DNA of 64,000 nt from positions 6,715-70,714 of the IMG/VR virus record IMGVR_UViG_3300036792_000107, one strand, 5' to 3'. The notes beneath the pieces were generated by a model that did no database searches, was not told where the DNA came from, and saw only the letters and a list, made by a program, of their open reading frames with translations. Both the position numbers and the translations under genes were made by a program. This DNA is from a virus. Numbering within the stretch: position 1 is the first letter of the stretch; each line of letters begins with the position of its first letter. Shown here in pieces: positions 36,938-46,882 of this stretch.

Positions 36938-38539
36938 ATGTCAGACGCACTGTCGAAGATCCAGGTCCGCAACGCGCAGACCCCGCAGACCGAGCAGGCC
37001 GATGAGCGCCAGGTTAAGAACAACACCGGCGGCTACACTTTCACGGTCAGCGAAGAGGCCAAGGTCATGCGGTTCCTGACCCTCGGCGTAGACGGCGGCA
37101 CGTACTACCAGGCCGAGCGCGAGTACACCATCGGCAACGCCCAGGCCGTCATCAAGTTCGCGCAGGACAACGGCACGCGGCTGGTCGAACTGATCCTCGA
37201 AGTATCCGAAGCAGGCCGCGCTCCCCGGCAGAACCCCGCCCTGTTCGCCCTGGCTGCCGTGTTCGCCTTCGGTGACGCCGCTGCCAAGGAAGAGGCGAAG
37301 GACGTCTTCAACGCCGTCGTCCGCACCGGCACGCACCTGTTCCTCTTCGTCCAGTACACCGAGCAGCTTCGCGGCTGGGGACGCTGCGTGAAGAACGCCG
37401 TGGCCGACTGGTACCTGGCCAAGGACGCGAAGGCCCTGTCCTACCAGATGCTCAAGTACCGGCAGCGCAACGGCTGGACGCACCGCGACGTACTGCGGTC
37501 GGCGCATCCGAAGACCACGGACCCGGCGAAGAACACGCTGTTCCAGTACGCCACGCACCCGGAGTACTCGCTGACGACCACGGGGAACACCTGGCTCGGC
37601 CCGTACCTGCACGCTCAGGCGCTCGGGAACTCCTCCGGCGACAAGAGCAAGGTGTACGCCAAGGTGATCCGTGAGAACCCGGGCATGCCGTGGGAGATGC
37701 TGCCCGACGAGGCGCTGACGTTCCCGGCTACCTGGGGGGCGCTGCTTGAGGAGGGCATGCCGATCGGCGCGCTGATCCGGCAGCTTCCCCGGCTGACCAA
37801 CCTCGGCATCACCGGCAGGGGCACTGTCCACACCATCGTGAACCAGCTCACGGACGAAGACGCGCTCCGCAAGGGCCGTGTCCACCCGGTCAAGCTGCTC
37901 TACGCGCTGAAGACCTACAGCTCCGGCCACAGCGCCAAGGGCTCGGGGTCGTGGACGCCGTCGCAGAGGGTCGTAGACGCTCTCGATCAGGCGTTCTACC
38001 TGTCCTTCAAGACCATGGAGCCCTCGGGTAAGCGCACGCTGCTGGCCATGGACGTCTCGGGGTCGATGTCGTGGGGCGGTCAGATCGTGACGCCCGCTGA
38101 GGGGTCGATGGCGATGGCGATGGCTACCGCCGCGACGGAGCAGGACTACGAGATCATGGGGTTCGCGAACACGTTCCGTGCCCTGGACGTCTCGCCGCGC
38201 CGCCGTCTCGATGACAACCTGGCGAGCATCCGGAACATGAGCTTCGGTTCGACGGACTGCTCGCTGCCGATGACGTGGGCGTTCCAGCAGAAGCGGGAGT
38301 TCGACACGTTCGTGGTCTACACCGACAACGAAACCTACGCCGGGAACGCGCACCCGCACCAGGCCCTCCAGCAGTACCGGCGGGCCACCGGCATCGACGC
38401 GAAGCTGATCGTCGTGGGCATGACCGCCACGGACTTCACGATCGCCGACCCGACGGACCCGGGGATGCTGGACGTCGCGGGCTTCGATGCGGACACCCCG
38501 TCCGTGATCAGCGGCTTCTCCCGTGGGGACTTCGGCTAA
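36938..38539 (+). CDS. rsr: Ro60/TROVE-domain RNA-binding protein
   Basis: QV.NN.GGY.F, RFL.LG..GGTYY, KYRQRNGWTHRD.LR..HPK, MIDAS DVSGSM, TDCSLPM, TDNET, DP.MLD..GFD; GGAGG RBS. Confidence 0.95.
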   Translation: MSDALSKIQVRNAQTPQTEQADERQVKNNTGGYTFTVSEEAKVMRFLTLGVDGGTYYQAEREYTIGNAQAVIKFAQDNGTRLVELILEVSEAGRAPRQNPALFALAAVFAFGDAAAKEEAKDVFNAVVRTGTHLFLFVQYTEQLRGWGRCVKNAVADWYLAKDAKALSYQMLKYRQRNGWTHRDVLRSAHPKTTDPAKNTLFQYATHPEYSLTTTGNTWLGPYLHAQALGNSSGDKSKVYAKVIRENPGMPWEMLPDEALTFPATWGALLEEGMPIGALIRQLPRLTNLGITGRGTVHTIVNQLTDEDALRKGRVHPVKLLYALKTYSSGHSAKGSGSWTPSQRVVDALDQAFYLSFKTMEPSGKRTLLAMDVSGSMSWGGQIVTPAEGSMAMAMATAATEQDYEIMGFANTFRALDVSPRRRLDDNLASIRNMSFGSTDCSLPMTWAFQQKREFDTFVVYTDNETYAGNAHPHQALQQYRRATGIDAKLIVVGMTATDFTIADPTDPGMLDVAGFDADTPSVISGFSRGDFG

Positions 38540-38551
38540 ACAGCAGGTGAA

Positions 38552-38591
38552 CAGAAGCGGTCTTCGAACAGTCGTTCGGAGGCCGTTTCTG
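38552..38591 (+). terminator. terminator after Ro60
   Basis: CAGAAGCGGTCTTCGAAC-AGTC-GTTCGGAGGCCGTTTCTG. Confidence 0.75.
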
Positions 38592-38732
38592 CCGTCTCCG
38601 GAGCCCTACCACTTGCCTCTGCGAGTTTCTAGATCTATGCCCCGCAGCCCCTTCGTGGCATCGTAGACTACACGTCACCACCCAGTTTTGAGAGTGACTG
38701 AAACATCCAAGCCGTGGCACCGAGGAGTACCT

Positions 38733-40781
38733 ATGTCTACTGCCGTCCCTTTTGGCCCTACCGGGGAAGTTGTTTACAACAGGACGTACAGCAGGGACAA
38801 GGAAGGCGGCGGCAAGGAGACCTGGCCGGAGACGGTAGAACGGGTGGTCAGGGGCAATCTGGCGCTCGTGTACGGCAGCTGCGACGAGAAGACGTGGCCC
38901 GCTGAGGTTCACTACGAGTACGAGCGCCTTCGCTACTACATGAACAACTTCGCTCTCCTGCCGGCGGGGCGGCACCTGTGGGCCACCGGGGTCGCGGGTC
39001 GCCAGTACCTGTTCAACTGCCACGTCGCGGGCTGGGGCGGCCTGCTGTCGGAGCACTTCGAGTTCAGCTTCCTGCGCCTGATGGAAGGCGGCGGCGTCGG
39101 GGCCAACTACTCGATGAAGCACATCAGGCGCTTCGGCTCCCCGCGCCGCAAGCTCGAAGTCCACGTCATCTGCGACCCCTCCCACCCCGACTACGCAGAG
39201 CTGGAGCCGCACCTGTCCACGGTGTACGGCATCGAGGCCGTTCCGGACATGTACGTGGAGGACAGCCGCGAGGGATGGGCGTTCGCGCTCACCGACCTGA
39301 TCGACACCTTCTACTGCCAGCAGGAGCCGGTGCAGGACGGCGTGCTGATCTACGACGTGAGCAGCGTGCGGCCCTCAGGTGCCCCGCTGAAGACGTTCGG
39401 AGGCACCGCCAGCGGCCCGGCACCCTTCGCCATGATGATGAACGAAGTCGCCAAGGTTCTGTCCGCCTCGTTCGACTGCGACCGCTTCACGCCGATCGAC
39501 GCCATGCTGATCGACCATGCGATTGCCGAGTGCGTAGTCAGCGGCGGCAACAGGCGCTCAGCCCGGATGTCGATCGTGCACTGGGACGACCCGTACATCA
39601 TGGAGTTCATCAAGTGCAAGGCAGACACCGGCAAGCACTGGACCACGAACATCTCCGTGGAGATCGATGACGAGTTCATCCGCCTGCTGAACCAGGACAT
39701 GGACACCACGAAGTGCCTGAACCTGAAGGCGTTCATGGTGCACCGGGCCGTAGTCGAAGCCATGCTCGCCAACGGGGAGCCCGGCTACTGGAACTCCAGC
39801 CTGTCCAACGTGGGCGAGGTGAAGGAAGTTATCGCCACCAACCCCTGCGGGGAGATCGCGCTCCAGCCATGGGAGAACTGCAACCTCGGGCACGTTAACC
39901 TGGACTGGTTCGCGCGGCGCGAGTTCGGCGAGCTTGAAGAGGCGCACCGGCTGATGACGCGGTTCCTGATCCGCGCGACCTACGGCGACGTCAACGACCC
40001 CAAGCAGGCCAAGATCCTCGCGGCGAACAGGCGCATCGGCGTCGGCCACCTCGGGGTGCAGGGCTACTGGGCCAAGCTCGGAGTCAGGTACAGCGACATC
40101 CCGAGGACTGCCGAGCACGAGCTGGACCTGCTGTACGCCATCGTGCGCAAGGAAGCCCGCGACTACGCCTTCCAGCTCCGCATCCCTGAGCCGGTCAAGG
40201 TCACCGCGATGGCACCCACCGGATCGGTCGCCAAGCTTCCCGGCGTCACCGAGTCCGGGCAGGCCATCCACAGCCGCTACTTCGAACGCCGCATCCGGTT
40301 CTCCAAGCGCGACGAGGGCCAGTTCCAGATGGTCATGGAGGCGCTGAGCAAGGGCTTCAAGGTAGAGGACGACGTGTACGACCAGACCGGCATGACCGCA
40401 GTCGTCGTGTACCCCACCGAAGACCTGCTGCTGAGCCAGGTGCGGGCGCTCGGGTACAGCGACGACGTGGTCCAGTCCCAGGATGAGCTGAGCGTGCGGG
40501 ACATGCTTGCGGTGCAGCGGCTCTATCAGCAGCACTGGGCGGACAACGCCGTCAGCTACACGGTGAACATCCCCGAGGGGTCGGTCACCGAGGACGAGCT
40601 GGCGGAGATCCTGCGGGAGTACCTGCCGTACCTGAAGGGCACTACGGTCATGGTGGACGCCAGCCGTCCGCAGTCGCCTTACACGAGGATCACCCGGGAA
40701 CAGTACGAGTCCTCCACCGCAACTGCGATAGAGGACTCGACTGACCTTGAATGCTCCCGGGGAAGCTGCCCGGTTCGCTAG
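38733..40781 (+). CDS. nrdJ: class II (B12-dependent) ribonucleotide reductase
   Basis: VY.RTYSR..ETW.ETV.RV, LFNC, GG.RRSA, TNPCGEI, P.GS, C-terminal CSRGSC; GAGGAG RBS. Confidence 0.92.
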   Translation: MSTAVPFGPTGEVVYNRTYSRDKEGGGKETWPETVERVVRGNLALVYGSCDEKTWPAEVHYEYERLRYYMNNFALLPAGRHLWATGVAGRQYLFNCHVAGWGGLLSEHFEFSFLRLMEGGGVGANYSMKHIRRFGSPRRKLEVHVICDPSHPDYAELEPHLSTVYGIEAVPDMYVEDSREGWAFALTDLIDTFYCQQEPVQDGVLIYDVSSVRPSGAPLKTFGGTASGPAPFAMMMNEVAKVLSASFDCDRFTPIDAMLIDHAIAECVVSGGNRRSARMSIVHWDDPYIMEFIKCKADTGKHWTTNISVEIDDEFIRLLNQDMDTTKCLNLKAFMVHRAVVEAMLANGEPGYWNSSLSNVGEVKEVIATNPCGEIALQPWENCNLGHVNLDWFARREFGELEEAHRLMTRFLIRATYGDVNDPKQAKILAANRRIGVGHLGVQGYWAKLGVRYSDIPRTAEHELDLLYAIVRKEARDYAFQLRIPEPVKVTAMAPTGSVAKLPGVTESGQAIHSRYFERRIRFSKRDEGQFQMVMEALSKGFKVEDDVYDQTGMTAVVVYPTEDLLLSQVRALGYSDDVVQSQDELSVRDMLAVQRLYQQHWADNAVSYTVNIPEGSVTEDELAEILREYLPYLKGTTVMVDASRPQSPYTRITREQYESSTATAIEDSTDLECSRGSCPVR

Positions 40782-41072
40782 CTAGTCCGTGGGCGGCTCG
40801 AAAGGGTCGCCCCACGGCCGGTCTTTCTTGTCCCACCGGGTGACTATGTCGCGGCCTCGCTTCCATTCATGCTGAAGGTCAAGCGGGTGCGCGGTCTGGT
40901 CGATGTTCAGCCACCAGCCTTCCGGCACGCGCCAGCCTTCGAGAGACGGCAGCGCGGTGGGAGCATAGGTGTTGTACAGCCACACCCGCAGCTGGTAGCT
41001 AGCTGTGAAGACCCCGATCGGGACGTGCGTGTTCTTGTTCAGGATCACTGACACGTACAGGGCTTCCGGCAT
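40782..41072 (-). CDS. hypothetical protein
   Basis: AAGGGGA RBS; ends head-to-head with nrdJ. Confidence 0.55.
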   Translation of the reverse strand: MPEALYVSVILNKNTHVPIGVFTASYQLRVWLYNTYAPTALPSLEGWRVPEGWWLNIDQTAHPLDLQHEWKRGRDIVTRWDKKDRPWGDPFEPPTD

Positions 41073-41180
41073 GGTGTTCCCCTTTGCGGTGGTCGCCCAT
41101 GGCGCGTATGTTCCACCCGGCCCAGATCCCTATGACGCAGATGAACGCGCTGACGGCGAAGTCGTAGATTATAGTTGCGG

Positions 41181-41486
41181 TCATCGGTTGCGCGCGCCCT
41201 GCTCCAGTCCGTGGAACCGCTCGGCGGCGGTCCAGCCGGCCATGTACAGGTTGGCGCATCGCTCGGAGAGGAGTTCCAGCCACTTGCGCCGGTTCCGGTA
41301 CCGCCGGACAGGGTTCTGGGTCAGGTGCGGGGCGAGCCAGCCGCCGGGGCGGGAGCTTTCCAGGATGATGACCAGGTTGGACTCGAACTGGATCTTCCCG
41401 GTTCCGTCCGATCGGTCGATGATGCGCAGGTAAGGCGGCACGGCCATGGGAATTATGACAGGGATGTCCTCGGGCTTAATCGGCAC
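41181..41486 (-). CDS. hypothetical protein
   Basis: packed - strand run. Confidence 0.5.
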   Translation of the reverse strand: MPIKPEDIPVIIPMAVPPYLRIIDRSDGTGKIQFESNLVIILESSRPGGWLAPHLTQNPVRRYRNRRKWLELLSERCANLYMAGWTAAERFHGLEQGARNR

Positions 41487-41488
41487 TG

Positions 41489-41872
41489 TTACTCATCCTC
41501 TTCTTCGGTGTCGTGCGGTGGGCGCGGAGCGCGGATAACGTCTCCGAGGGGGAGGCTTCCCCACACGGGCCGTGCCTGTTCTTCCTGGTAGAGAAGGCGT
41601 TCGTTGATCTGCTGTATGGTGCTCGTGTAGATGTCCCGCTGAAGTTCCAGCGCTTCGCGCAGGTCTTCCAGGAAGCGGGCGTCTTCGGCGCTGAGCGTCC
41701 CCTGGGCTGAGAGGTCAGGGAGCGGCCGGATCTCTTCCACGAATATGTTCGTGCGGTCGTTGACCCACGGGACCATCTCCTTCAGCGCGTTGAAGGTCAT
41801 GCTCCGTATGTTGGCGGACACGTAGCCGTCAGATACTCCGTGAACGCGGACTACTATGTTGAAGCTTTTCAC
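41489..41872 (-). CDS. hypothetical protein
   Basis: packed - strand run; coiled segment. Confidence 0.55.
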   Translation of the reverse strand: MKSFNIVVRVHGVSDGYVSANIRSMTFNALKEMVPWVNDRTNIFVEEIRPLPDLSAQGTLSAEDARFLEDLREALELQRDIYTSTIQQINERLLYQEEQARPVWGSLPLGDVIRAPRPPHDTEEEDE

Positions 41873-42040
41873 TATTCCCCTTCGACTTGGCGGTACGGGA
41901 GCGTTGCAGGCGCTGGGTTACGTGCCTGATCTTCACCCCCAGGATGTACCGCTGTGCGTGGAGAGTATCGAGCATACCCGACAGGTACGCGTCTTCGTCG
42001 TCTTCCAGCGGGCCGGTGCCCTCCATGTCGATGTGGTTCA

Positions 42041-42706
42041 TCAGGCTGCCTCTTCGTCTTCCGGGTTGAACGCCTGGCGGCAGATCCCGCACAGTACCGG
42101 CGGGACGCCCAGCGCTTCGAACTTCTTCGCGAATGCCTTCGACCACGGGATCGAGTTGTCACCGTCTGGACACTCACAGTAAGCCTTAACACTGGGCTTC
42201 TTCGCTTTCTTCCCTTCAGGCTCGCGCGGTGACACGAAGTTCTTGCAAGCGTCGTCCAGGTGCTTGATCTCGAACGCGTAGGTTTCCGCTGTGTCACGGG
42301 TGATCGTGCAGTTCGAGTAGCCGAGCGTCGGGCCACCGGACTCTGACGGGCCTTCCAGCCCCATCGACTCGGCCAGCTTCACGAAGACCTTGTTGTGGTA
42401 GCGGCCCCGGTTCGAGGTGTCCTTGAGGCCACGGGTGTGGGCCAGGGCGTGGGCTGCTTCGTGGATGAGGGTCTGCATGACCTGCTCGCCGCCGTCCATC
42501 ATGCGCTCGCCCGACACCCAGACTTCGGCCAGCTTGTGGTCGCCGTCCGTGTGCCAGGCTTCGGCGCAGTGCTGGCCCCGGATCGCGGCTTCGCTCTTGT
42601 GGCGGCGGCGTCCGGTGACGATGACGACCTTGGGTACGTCGGGGTGGTTGCGCTGGATGGCTTCCCAGGCGAGGTTAAGTACGGTGATGATGTGTGTGCT
42701 GTTCAC
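42041..42706 (-). CDS. SprT-like zinc metalloprotease
   Basis: TLIHEAAH...GRYHNK.F; C-terminal C.C...CGIC; GTGA overlap start. Confidence 0.8.
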   Translation of the reverse strand: MNSTHIITVLNLAWEAIQRNHPDVPKVVIVTGRRRHKSEAAIRGQHCAEAWHTDGDHKLAEVWVSGERMMDGGEQVMQTLIHEAAHALAHTRGLKDTSNRGRYHNKVFVKLAESMGLEGPSESGGPTLGYSNCTITRDTAETYAFEIKHLDDACKNFVSPREPEGKKAKKPSVKAYCECPDGDNSIPWSKAFAKKFEALGVPPVLCGICRQAFNPEDEEAA

Positions 42707-42900
42707 TGGCTCGGGTCCTTTTCCACGCAAATCAAGAAGCGCTCGCCGTTGACTATGACGGCCTGCGTGAGGCAGTCGGTCAGGGTCTTGCCGAACGCGC
42801 CTATCTGGCGCGGGGTGGGGAGGGGGTCCTGGAGGGCAACTTCCTCGTAGAAGTATTCCATGCAGCCGTTCAGGTCTTGAAGTAGCTGTTGTGCGTTCAT
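42703..42900 (-). CDS. hypothetical protein
   Basis: leaderless ATG at the promoter +12 position. Confidence 0.6.
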   Translation of the reverse strand: MNAQQLLQDLNGCMEYFYEEVALQDPLPTPRQIGAFGKTLTDCLTQAVIVNGERFLICVEKDPSQ

Positions 42901-42909
42901 GCACGGTGT

Positions 42910-42935
42910 AACCAAGTCTGGTTAGGATTCATTCC
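42910..42935 (-). promoter_or_regulatory. SigR/SigH-type promoter (leaderless)
   Basis: GGAAT-N18-GTTACACC; ATG 42900 at +12. Confidence 0.8.
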
Positions 42936-43269
42936 CGTGGAACTCTGCGTGCCGCTTCAGGATGTGCTCCAGCGTGACACTGCCGTGGCGTACCTGGTGA
43001 TCGGGGTGGTGCCTGCGGCACACCTTGTACTCGCCGCCCGCTGCGGGGTAGCGCCCGATCCTCATGCAGCTTTCGACGTGGCAGTTCACGAAGGGAAACA
43101 CCACGGAGACGATCGCGAGGGCAGGGATGAACCCGGACCACAGCTGGTAGGTAATCGGCGTGCCCGCAGGATAGGGGTAGATCCCGAGGACGAAGCCGGC
43201 CGCGTGGGGGTACGACACGACAAGGAGGATAAAGCAGGCGGCGATCACCAGCCAGGGGACGTACTTCAC
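42922..43269 (-). CDS. membrane protein with Cys/His motif
   Basis: TM segments then NCH...C.RIG....VCRRHH. Confidence 0.6.
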   Translation of the reverse strand: MKYVPWLVIAACFILLVVSYPHAAGFVLGIYPYPAGTPITYQLWSGFIPALAIVSVVFPFVNCHVESCMRIGRYPAAGGEYKVCRRHHPDHQVRHGSVTLEHILKRHAEFHGNES

Positions 43270-43604
43270 CGTGCCAGCCTCTTTTTCGCCCGGTTTGTCA
43301 GGAGAGTCACCCAGCCACGGTTCTTTCGAATCATCTGGGTGACCATCTTCGCGTACAGCAGGTCGGATTCGTTGTCCATGTCGTTTTCCAGGCCCATCAG
43401 CCAGTCGTGGACGTCCTTCCAGAGCTGGTCGGCGTTCACCAGCATGACGTTGCCGTCTTCGTCGGTGCGCTCCCAGATGTCCTCTTCAACCTTGCGGTAC
43501 GCGGGGATGAAGTCCTTGACCAGTGCGTCGGTGAGCATGGTCACGATAGGCTTGAGCTGGCTTGTAATGGTGCCGTCGCTGTACGTGTGCTTCTTGTCGT
43601 CCAT
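43266..43604 (-). CDS. hypothetical protein
   Basis: GGAGGTGG RBS. Confidence 0.6.
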   Translation of the reverse strand: MDDKKHTYSDGTITSQLKPIVTMLTDALVKDFIPAYRKVEEDIWERTDEDGNVMLVNADQLWKDVHDWLMGLENDMDNESDLLYAKMVTQMIRKNRGWVTLLTNRAKKRLAR

Positions 43605-43617
43605 GGCCCACCTCCGG

Positions 43618-44055
43618 TTAGGGCTGGCTGTATGCCTGCTGGCAGTTGCGGGGTGCGTTGTGCTGGGCTACGAAAGCCTCGTACGAAGCCGCCTTGGACT
43701 TTACGGCAGCCGTGGGCTTCGAGCCTTCGAGGAGGGTCACGAGTTCGTCCAGTGCGGTGACCGTTCCCGCTGCGCGGTCGTTGCCGGTCATGCACGCGTT
43801 GATGGCTTCCTGGCGCAGGGCGTTGGTGGAATTCCGCTGCCCCATGTAGAGGCTCACGCCGAATCCCGCGAGCACGAGCAGCAGCACTACCGCGCAGGAG
43901 AGGGCAATGGTGAGCCTCTTCCACAGAGTGGCGGTCTGGGCGGCGGAGTAAGCGGAAGCCTTTGCGTTCTCAGCGGCCCCGGCGGCAGTGTTAACCTGAA
44001 GCTGAAGGTTCTCGATTGCCTTTTCAGCTGCCTGGATGAAGTTACTTTCCACCAC
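43618..44055 (-). CDS. single-TM membrane protein
   Basis: TM helix, C...N.R and terminal C. Confidence 0.6.
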   Translation of the reverse strand: MVESNFIQAAEKAIENLQLQVNTAAGAAENAKASAYSAAQTATLWKRLTIALSCAVVLLLVLAGFGVSLYMGQRNSTNALRQEAINACMTGNDRAAGTVTALDELVTLLEGSKPTAAVKSKAASYEAFVAQHNAPRNCQQAYSQP

Positions 44056-44677
44056 TGCGCTCCTCCTTGTCGCGCGCCGACCTGTGCATTGCGTGACCCA
44101 TCGCAGCCATACGCTGCGGGTTAACTATATCCATTGTACTAAGCAAGATCGCGGCAAAGGTCTGCTCGCCGGGGAAAACCGGGAAGTCCAGCGTCGTACC
44201 GGGTTCGTAGTTCCGGATCTGCACGAGGATCTTCTTCAGCTCGGTGCGTTCCTCCGGAGTCAGCGTACCCTCAACGAAGGCTTCGAGCAGGTGGTCCACG
44301 CGGGCGCGCTCAGGGTGCGGCTGGTGCAGGCCCTTGGCAGCGTTCATCGCAAGCGACTCCAGGGTGTTCCAGTATGTGTCCACCTTAACGCCCATCTGGC
44401 TGATCTTCTCAGTCATGTCGCGTATGTAAGAAGAATTTTCTTTTACGCTGTCTTCTATACGGCTACAGCGATCGCCCAGCTGGGTCATCTGGGTTGTGTG
44501 AATAGCCAGGGAGTCTTTCACCGGCTCGATCGCCTTGTACGCTATCTGCTGGACGGCCTGGTTGAACTGGGAGTTCTTGTGGTCCTTGTGAGCCATCCGC
44601 TCCTGCCGCCACGCGATGAGGAGGCTCACGATAGCGATGAAAGCGAGGACGAATCCCGTAATGGTGGCAGGGTCCAT
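44042..44677 (-). CDS. membrane-anchored coiled-coil protein
   Basis: N-terminal TM helix, heptad region; GAGG RBS. Confidence 0.65.
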   Translation of the reverse strand: MDPATITGFVLAFIAIVSLLIAWRQERMAHKDHKNSQFNQAVQQIAYKAIEPVKDSLAIHTTQMTQLGDRCSRIEDSVKENSSYIRDMTEKISQMGVKVDTYWNTLESLAMNAAKGLHQPHPERARVDHLLEAFVEGTLTPEERTELKKILVQIRNYEPGTTLDFPVFPGEQTFAAILLSTMDIVNPQRMAAMGHAMHRSARDKEERSGGK

Positions 44678-44718
44678 CCTCGCTCCGATCGCACGTAGTC
44701 GTTTAGACCATTTTACTT

Positions 44719-45144
44719 TCAGGCAAGCGGGTCACGCTCGTGTCCGTCCTTTACGCTGGCGAACAGGGCATGGCGTGCCGCGTCCCGCGCGTCCTTGAAC
44801 TTCGGCCCCATCGGGAAACCCGTTTTCTCCAGGCGCTTGTCCGTGGCCCACGGCTTGACGTCGGCGGCTTTGCGCATTCGCGGGCTCGGTGCCATGGTGC
44901 GGGTGTGCTCTGTGATCCGGCGCGTCAGCTCGGCGTCTTCTCCCTTGGTCCCGGCCCTGTTGCTGGGCACGAACTGCTCGATCGCCACGACGCGGGGCCG
45001 GTAGCAGTCGATGACCCGCTGGATGAGCCAGAAGGATGCCAGCCCGTTAACCTGGAACGCGGCCCACTGCCAGCCTGAGGCCGTTACGACAAGGATGCAG
45101 ACCCCTGTGCTGGGGCCTGCGTCTACTCCTACGTACGTAGCCAC
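44719..45144 (-). CDS. RuvC-like Holliday junction resolvase
   Basis: VGVDAGPSTG...VAIE.F...DARDAARH. Confidence 0.75.
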   Translation of the reverse strand: MATYVGVDAGPSTGVCILVVTASGWQWAAFQVNGLASFWLIQRVIDCYRPRVVAIEQFVPSNRAGTKGEDAELTRRITEHTRTMAPSPRMRKAADVKPWATDKRLEKTGFPMGPKFKDARDAARHALFASVKDGHERDPLA

Positions 45145-45772
45145 CTAGAGGCCGTTCCGCATCTGGCTGATGGCGCGCTGCTTCTCTTCGAGGTTGCGCC
45201 TGATCTTGTCGGTCGGGTCCTGGTACTGCGTTTCCGTAGTCACGGGAAGAAGCGAACCGAGGATTATCCGGGCCGGGTTGTTCACACTCAGATCCGCCAT
45301 GGCTTCGTGGATTTGGTTGTGAACATGCTCGGCACCCGCCTGCCTGCCCTGCCTGGCACCTTCGCGGAACGCCAGGTCGTACAGGCTCGTGATGACGAAC
45401 TTCAGTTCGCGGTGCGTCAGCGGGATGCGGCTGTCGAGCTGGTCCATGGCGTCGGCGACGGAAGTAGACTCGTGGATCGGCATGTTAGTTCCTCTGGGTA
45501 GTCGTTCCTGTAACTGTTCGTTCGTATAACCGAGGATGCGCCGCCTCCATTCCACGGGAACTCCTGAGATCCCGTAAAATTTCAAGTCGTCGCGGATCTC
45601 TGCGTCAGGGTAGGGGCTGCACCCCAGGAACGCGCAGCAGGGCTCGCCTGAACCGGGGCACTCGTGGTCGTTCTTGATCTCGGCGAAGGCTCCGCCTCCG
45701 TGGCGCACGCGCCTGATGTACGTGTGGCTCCAGGCCATCCCTTCAGCCGACCACAGCCAGCCGATGACGCCG

Positions 45773-46507
45773 CTATCGGGAGCGCTCGGCTTCAACAAAG
45801 CTGCCCCACTGTTCCGCTGCGGCCCTGGCGAAGCCCTCAGGTGTGATCGACCTGAGGATGCTCCTGCGCGCACGCCCCTGGCTGTCTTCCCAGTTCTTGT
45901 TCATGCCCTTCTTGCCGTCCGCCTTGTCCGTGCGCCACGAACCTCCGCCGGTCACCGTCCGGCTAACCCCTTCTGGGTAATCGAACTCGGAGTGCGTGGC
46001 TTCGAGCTGCGGAAGCTGAGACTGAACAGGTGGCCAGCCGGAGCCGAGAGTCGCAGGCCGGTACCACAGGCACGTCTTCTTCTGGAGCGGAGTGCCGAAC
46101 ATCCACGGCTCTACGACCTGGTCCGGTTCGCGGAACACCTGCGACATGATGCCAGCGGGATTCTCCACGACTACGTAGGCGCGGGGAGGGGGCTTCCTGT
46201 ACATCTTCATGAAGAAGTTAGCGGCTGCCGCCTGGCGTCCGTCTGCCTGCTTCTGCTTCCAGTACCTCGCGCCGCCCTGGCAGAGATCGGTGCAGGGAGG
46301 ATGGGCGATGACGAGATCCCAGTTTTTCTCGATGATGTCGAGAACGTCGCCCTGGTAGTGCCGGCCCAGGTTCTCTACGCCCGCGCGGATGTTCCACTGG
46401 TCTGTTTCATCTGGTAGCAGGTCAGCCGACCACGCATTCCAGCCCCGTATCGCGAACTGGGACCTTACCCTGCCACTCATTTCGCAGGCTACCAAGACAC
46501 TGAGCAT
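45773..46507 (-). CDS. C5 cytosine methyltransferase-like protein
   Basis: VLVACE.SG.V, WDLVIAHPPCT, VENP, KKTCLW, RS.T..GFA.A.A.QWG. Confidence 0.8.
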   Translation of the reverse strand: MLSVLVACEMSGRVRSQFAIRGWNAWSADLLPDETDQWNIRAGVENLGRHYQGDVLDIIEKNWDLVIAHPPCTDLCQGGARYWKQKQADGRQAAAANFFMKMYRKPPPRAYVVVENPAGIMSQVFREPDQVVEPWMFGTPLQKKTCLWYRPATLGSGWPPVQSQLPQLEATHSEFDYPEGVSRTVTGGGSWRTDKADGKKGMNKNWEDSQGRARRSILRSITPEGFARAAAEQWGSFVEAERSR

Positions 46508-46803
46508 TACGTGTTCCCCTGCTTTCCTGACTTCAGCTTCCCGGGTGCGTCGAACCAGACATCCACGGACAGGTCGTAGTGCCTGCCTTCGTGCCCGGCG
46601 TCGTGACTGCACCTTACCCTCACGCTACCGCCTCCCGGCCTGTCGGTACGGCATGTCAGGCGGCAGGAGGCAGCGGCGTCAGGGTACCGGAAGTCGATGG
46701 TGGCAGACCCTCCGCAGTTTCCGCACAGTACGGTCGGGTGCTTGGCTTCCGGAAATGAATTGTATTCAGCTATGCACCCGCAGCTCAGCCGGAATGCACA
46801 CAC
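46507..46803 (-). CDS. small Cys/His-rich protein
   Basis: LSCG, CGNC, C....GH.G.H. Confidence 0.5.
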   Translation of the reverse strand: MCAFRLSCGCIAEYNSFPEAKHPTVLCGNCGGSATIDFRYPDAAASCRLTCRTDRPGGGSVRVRCSHDAGHEGRHYDLSVDVWFDAPGKLKSGKQGNT

Positions 46804-46882
46804 GGCATGGTGAGTCCTAGAAATCGGAGGTGCCAGACTTAGACAGCATCCCCTTAGTTTACCAGGGCGTCATTTTGCCGGT

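Noticed and set aside
38592-38732. Cobalamin riboswitch or NrdR box upstream of nrdJ
   Set aside because: No recognisable B12-box or NrdR palindrome by eye.
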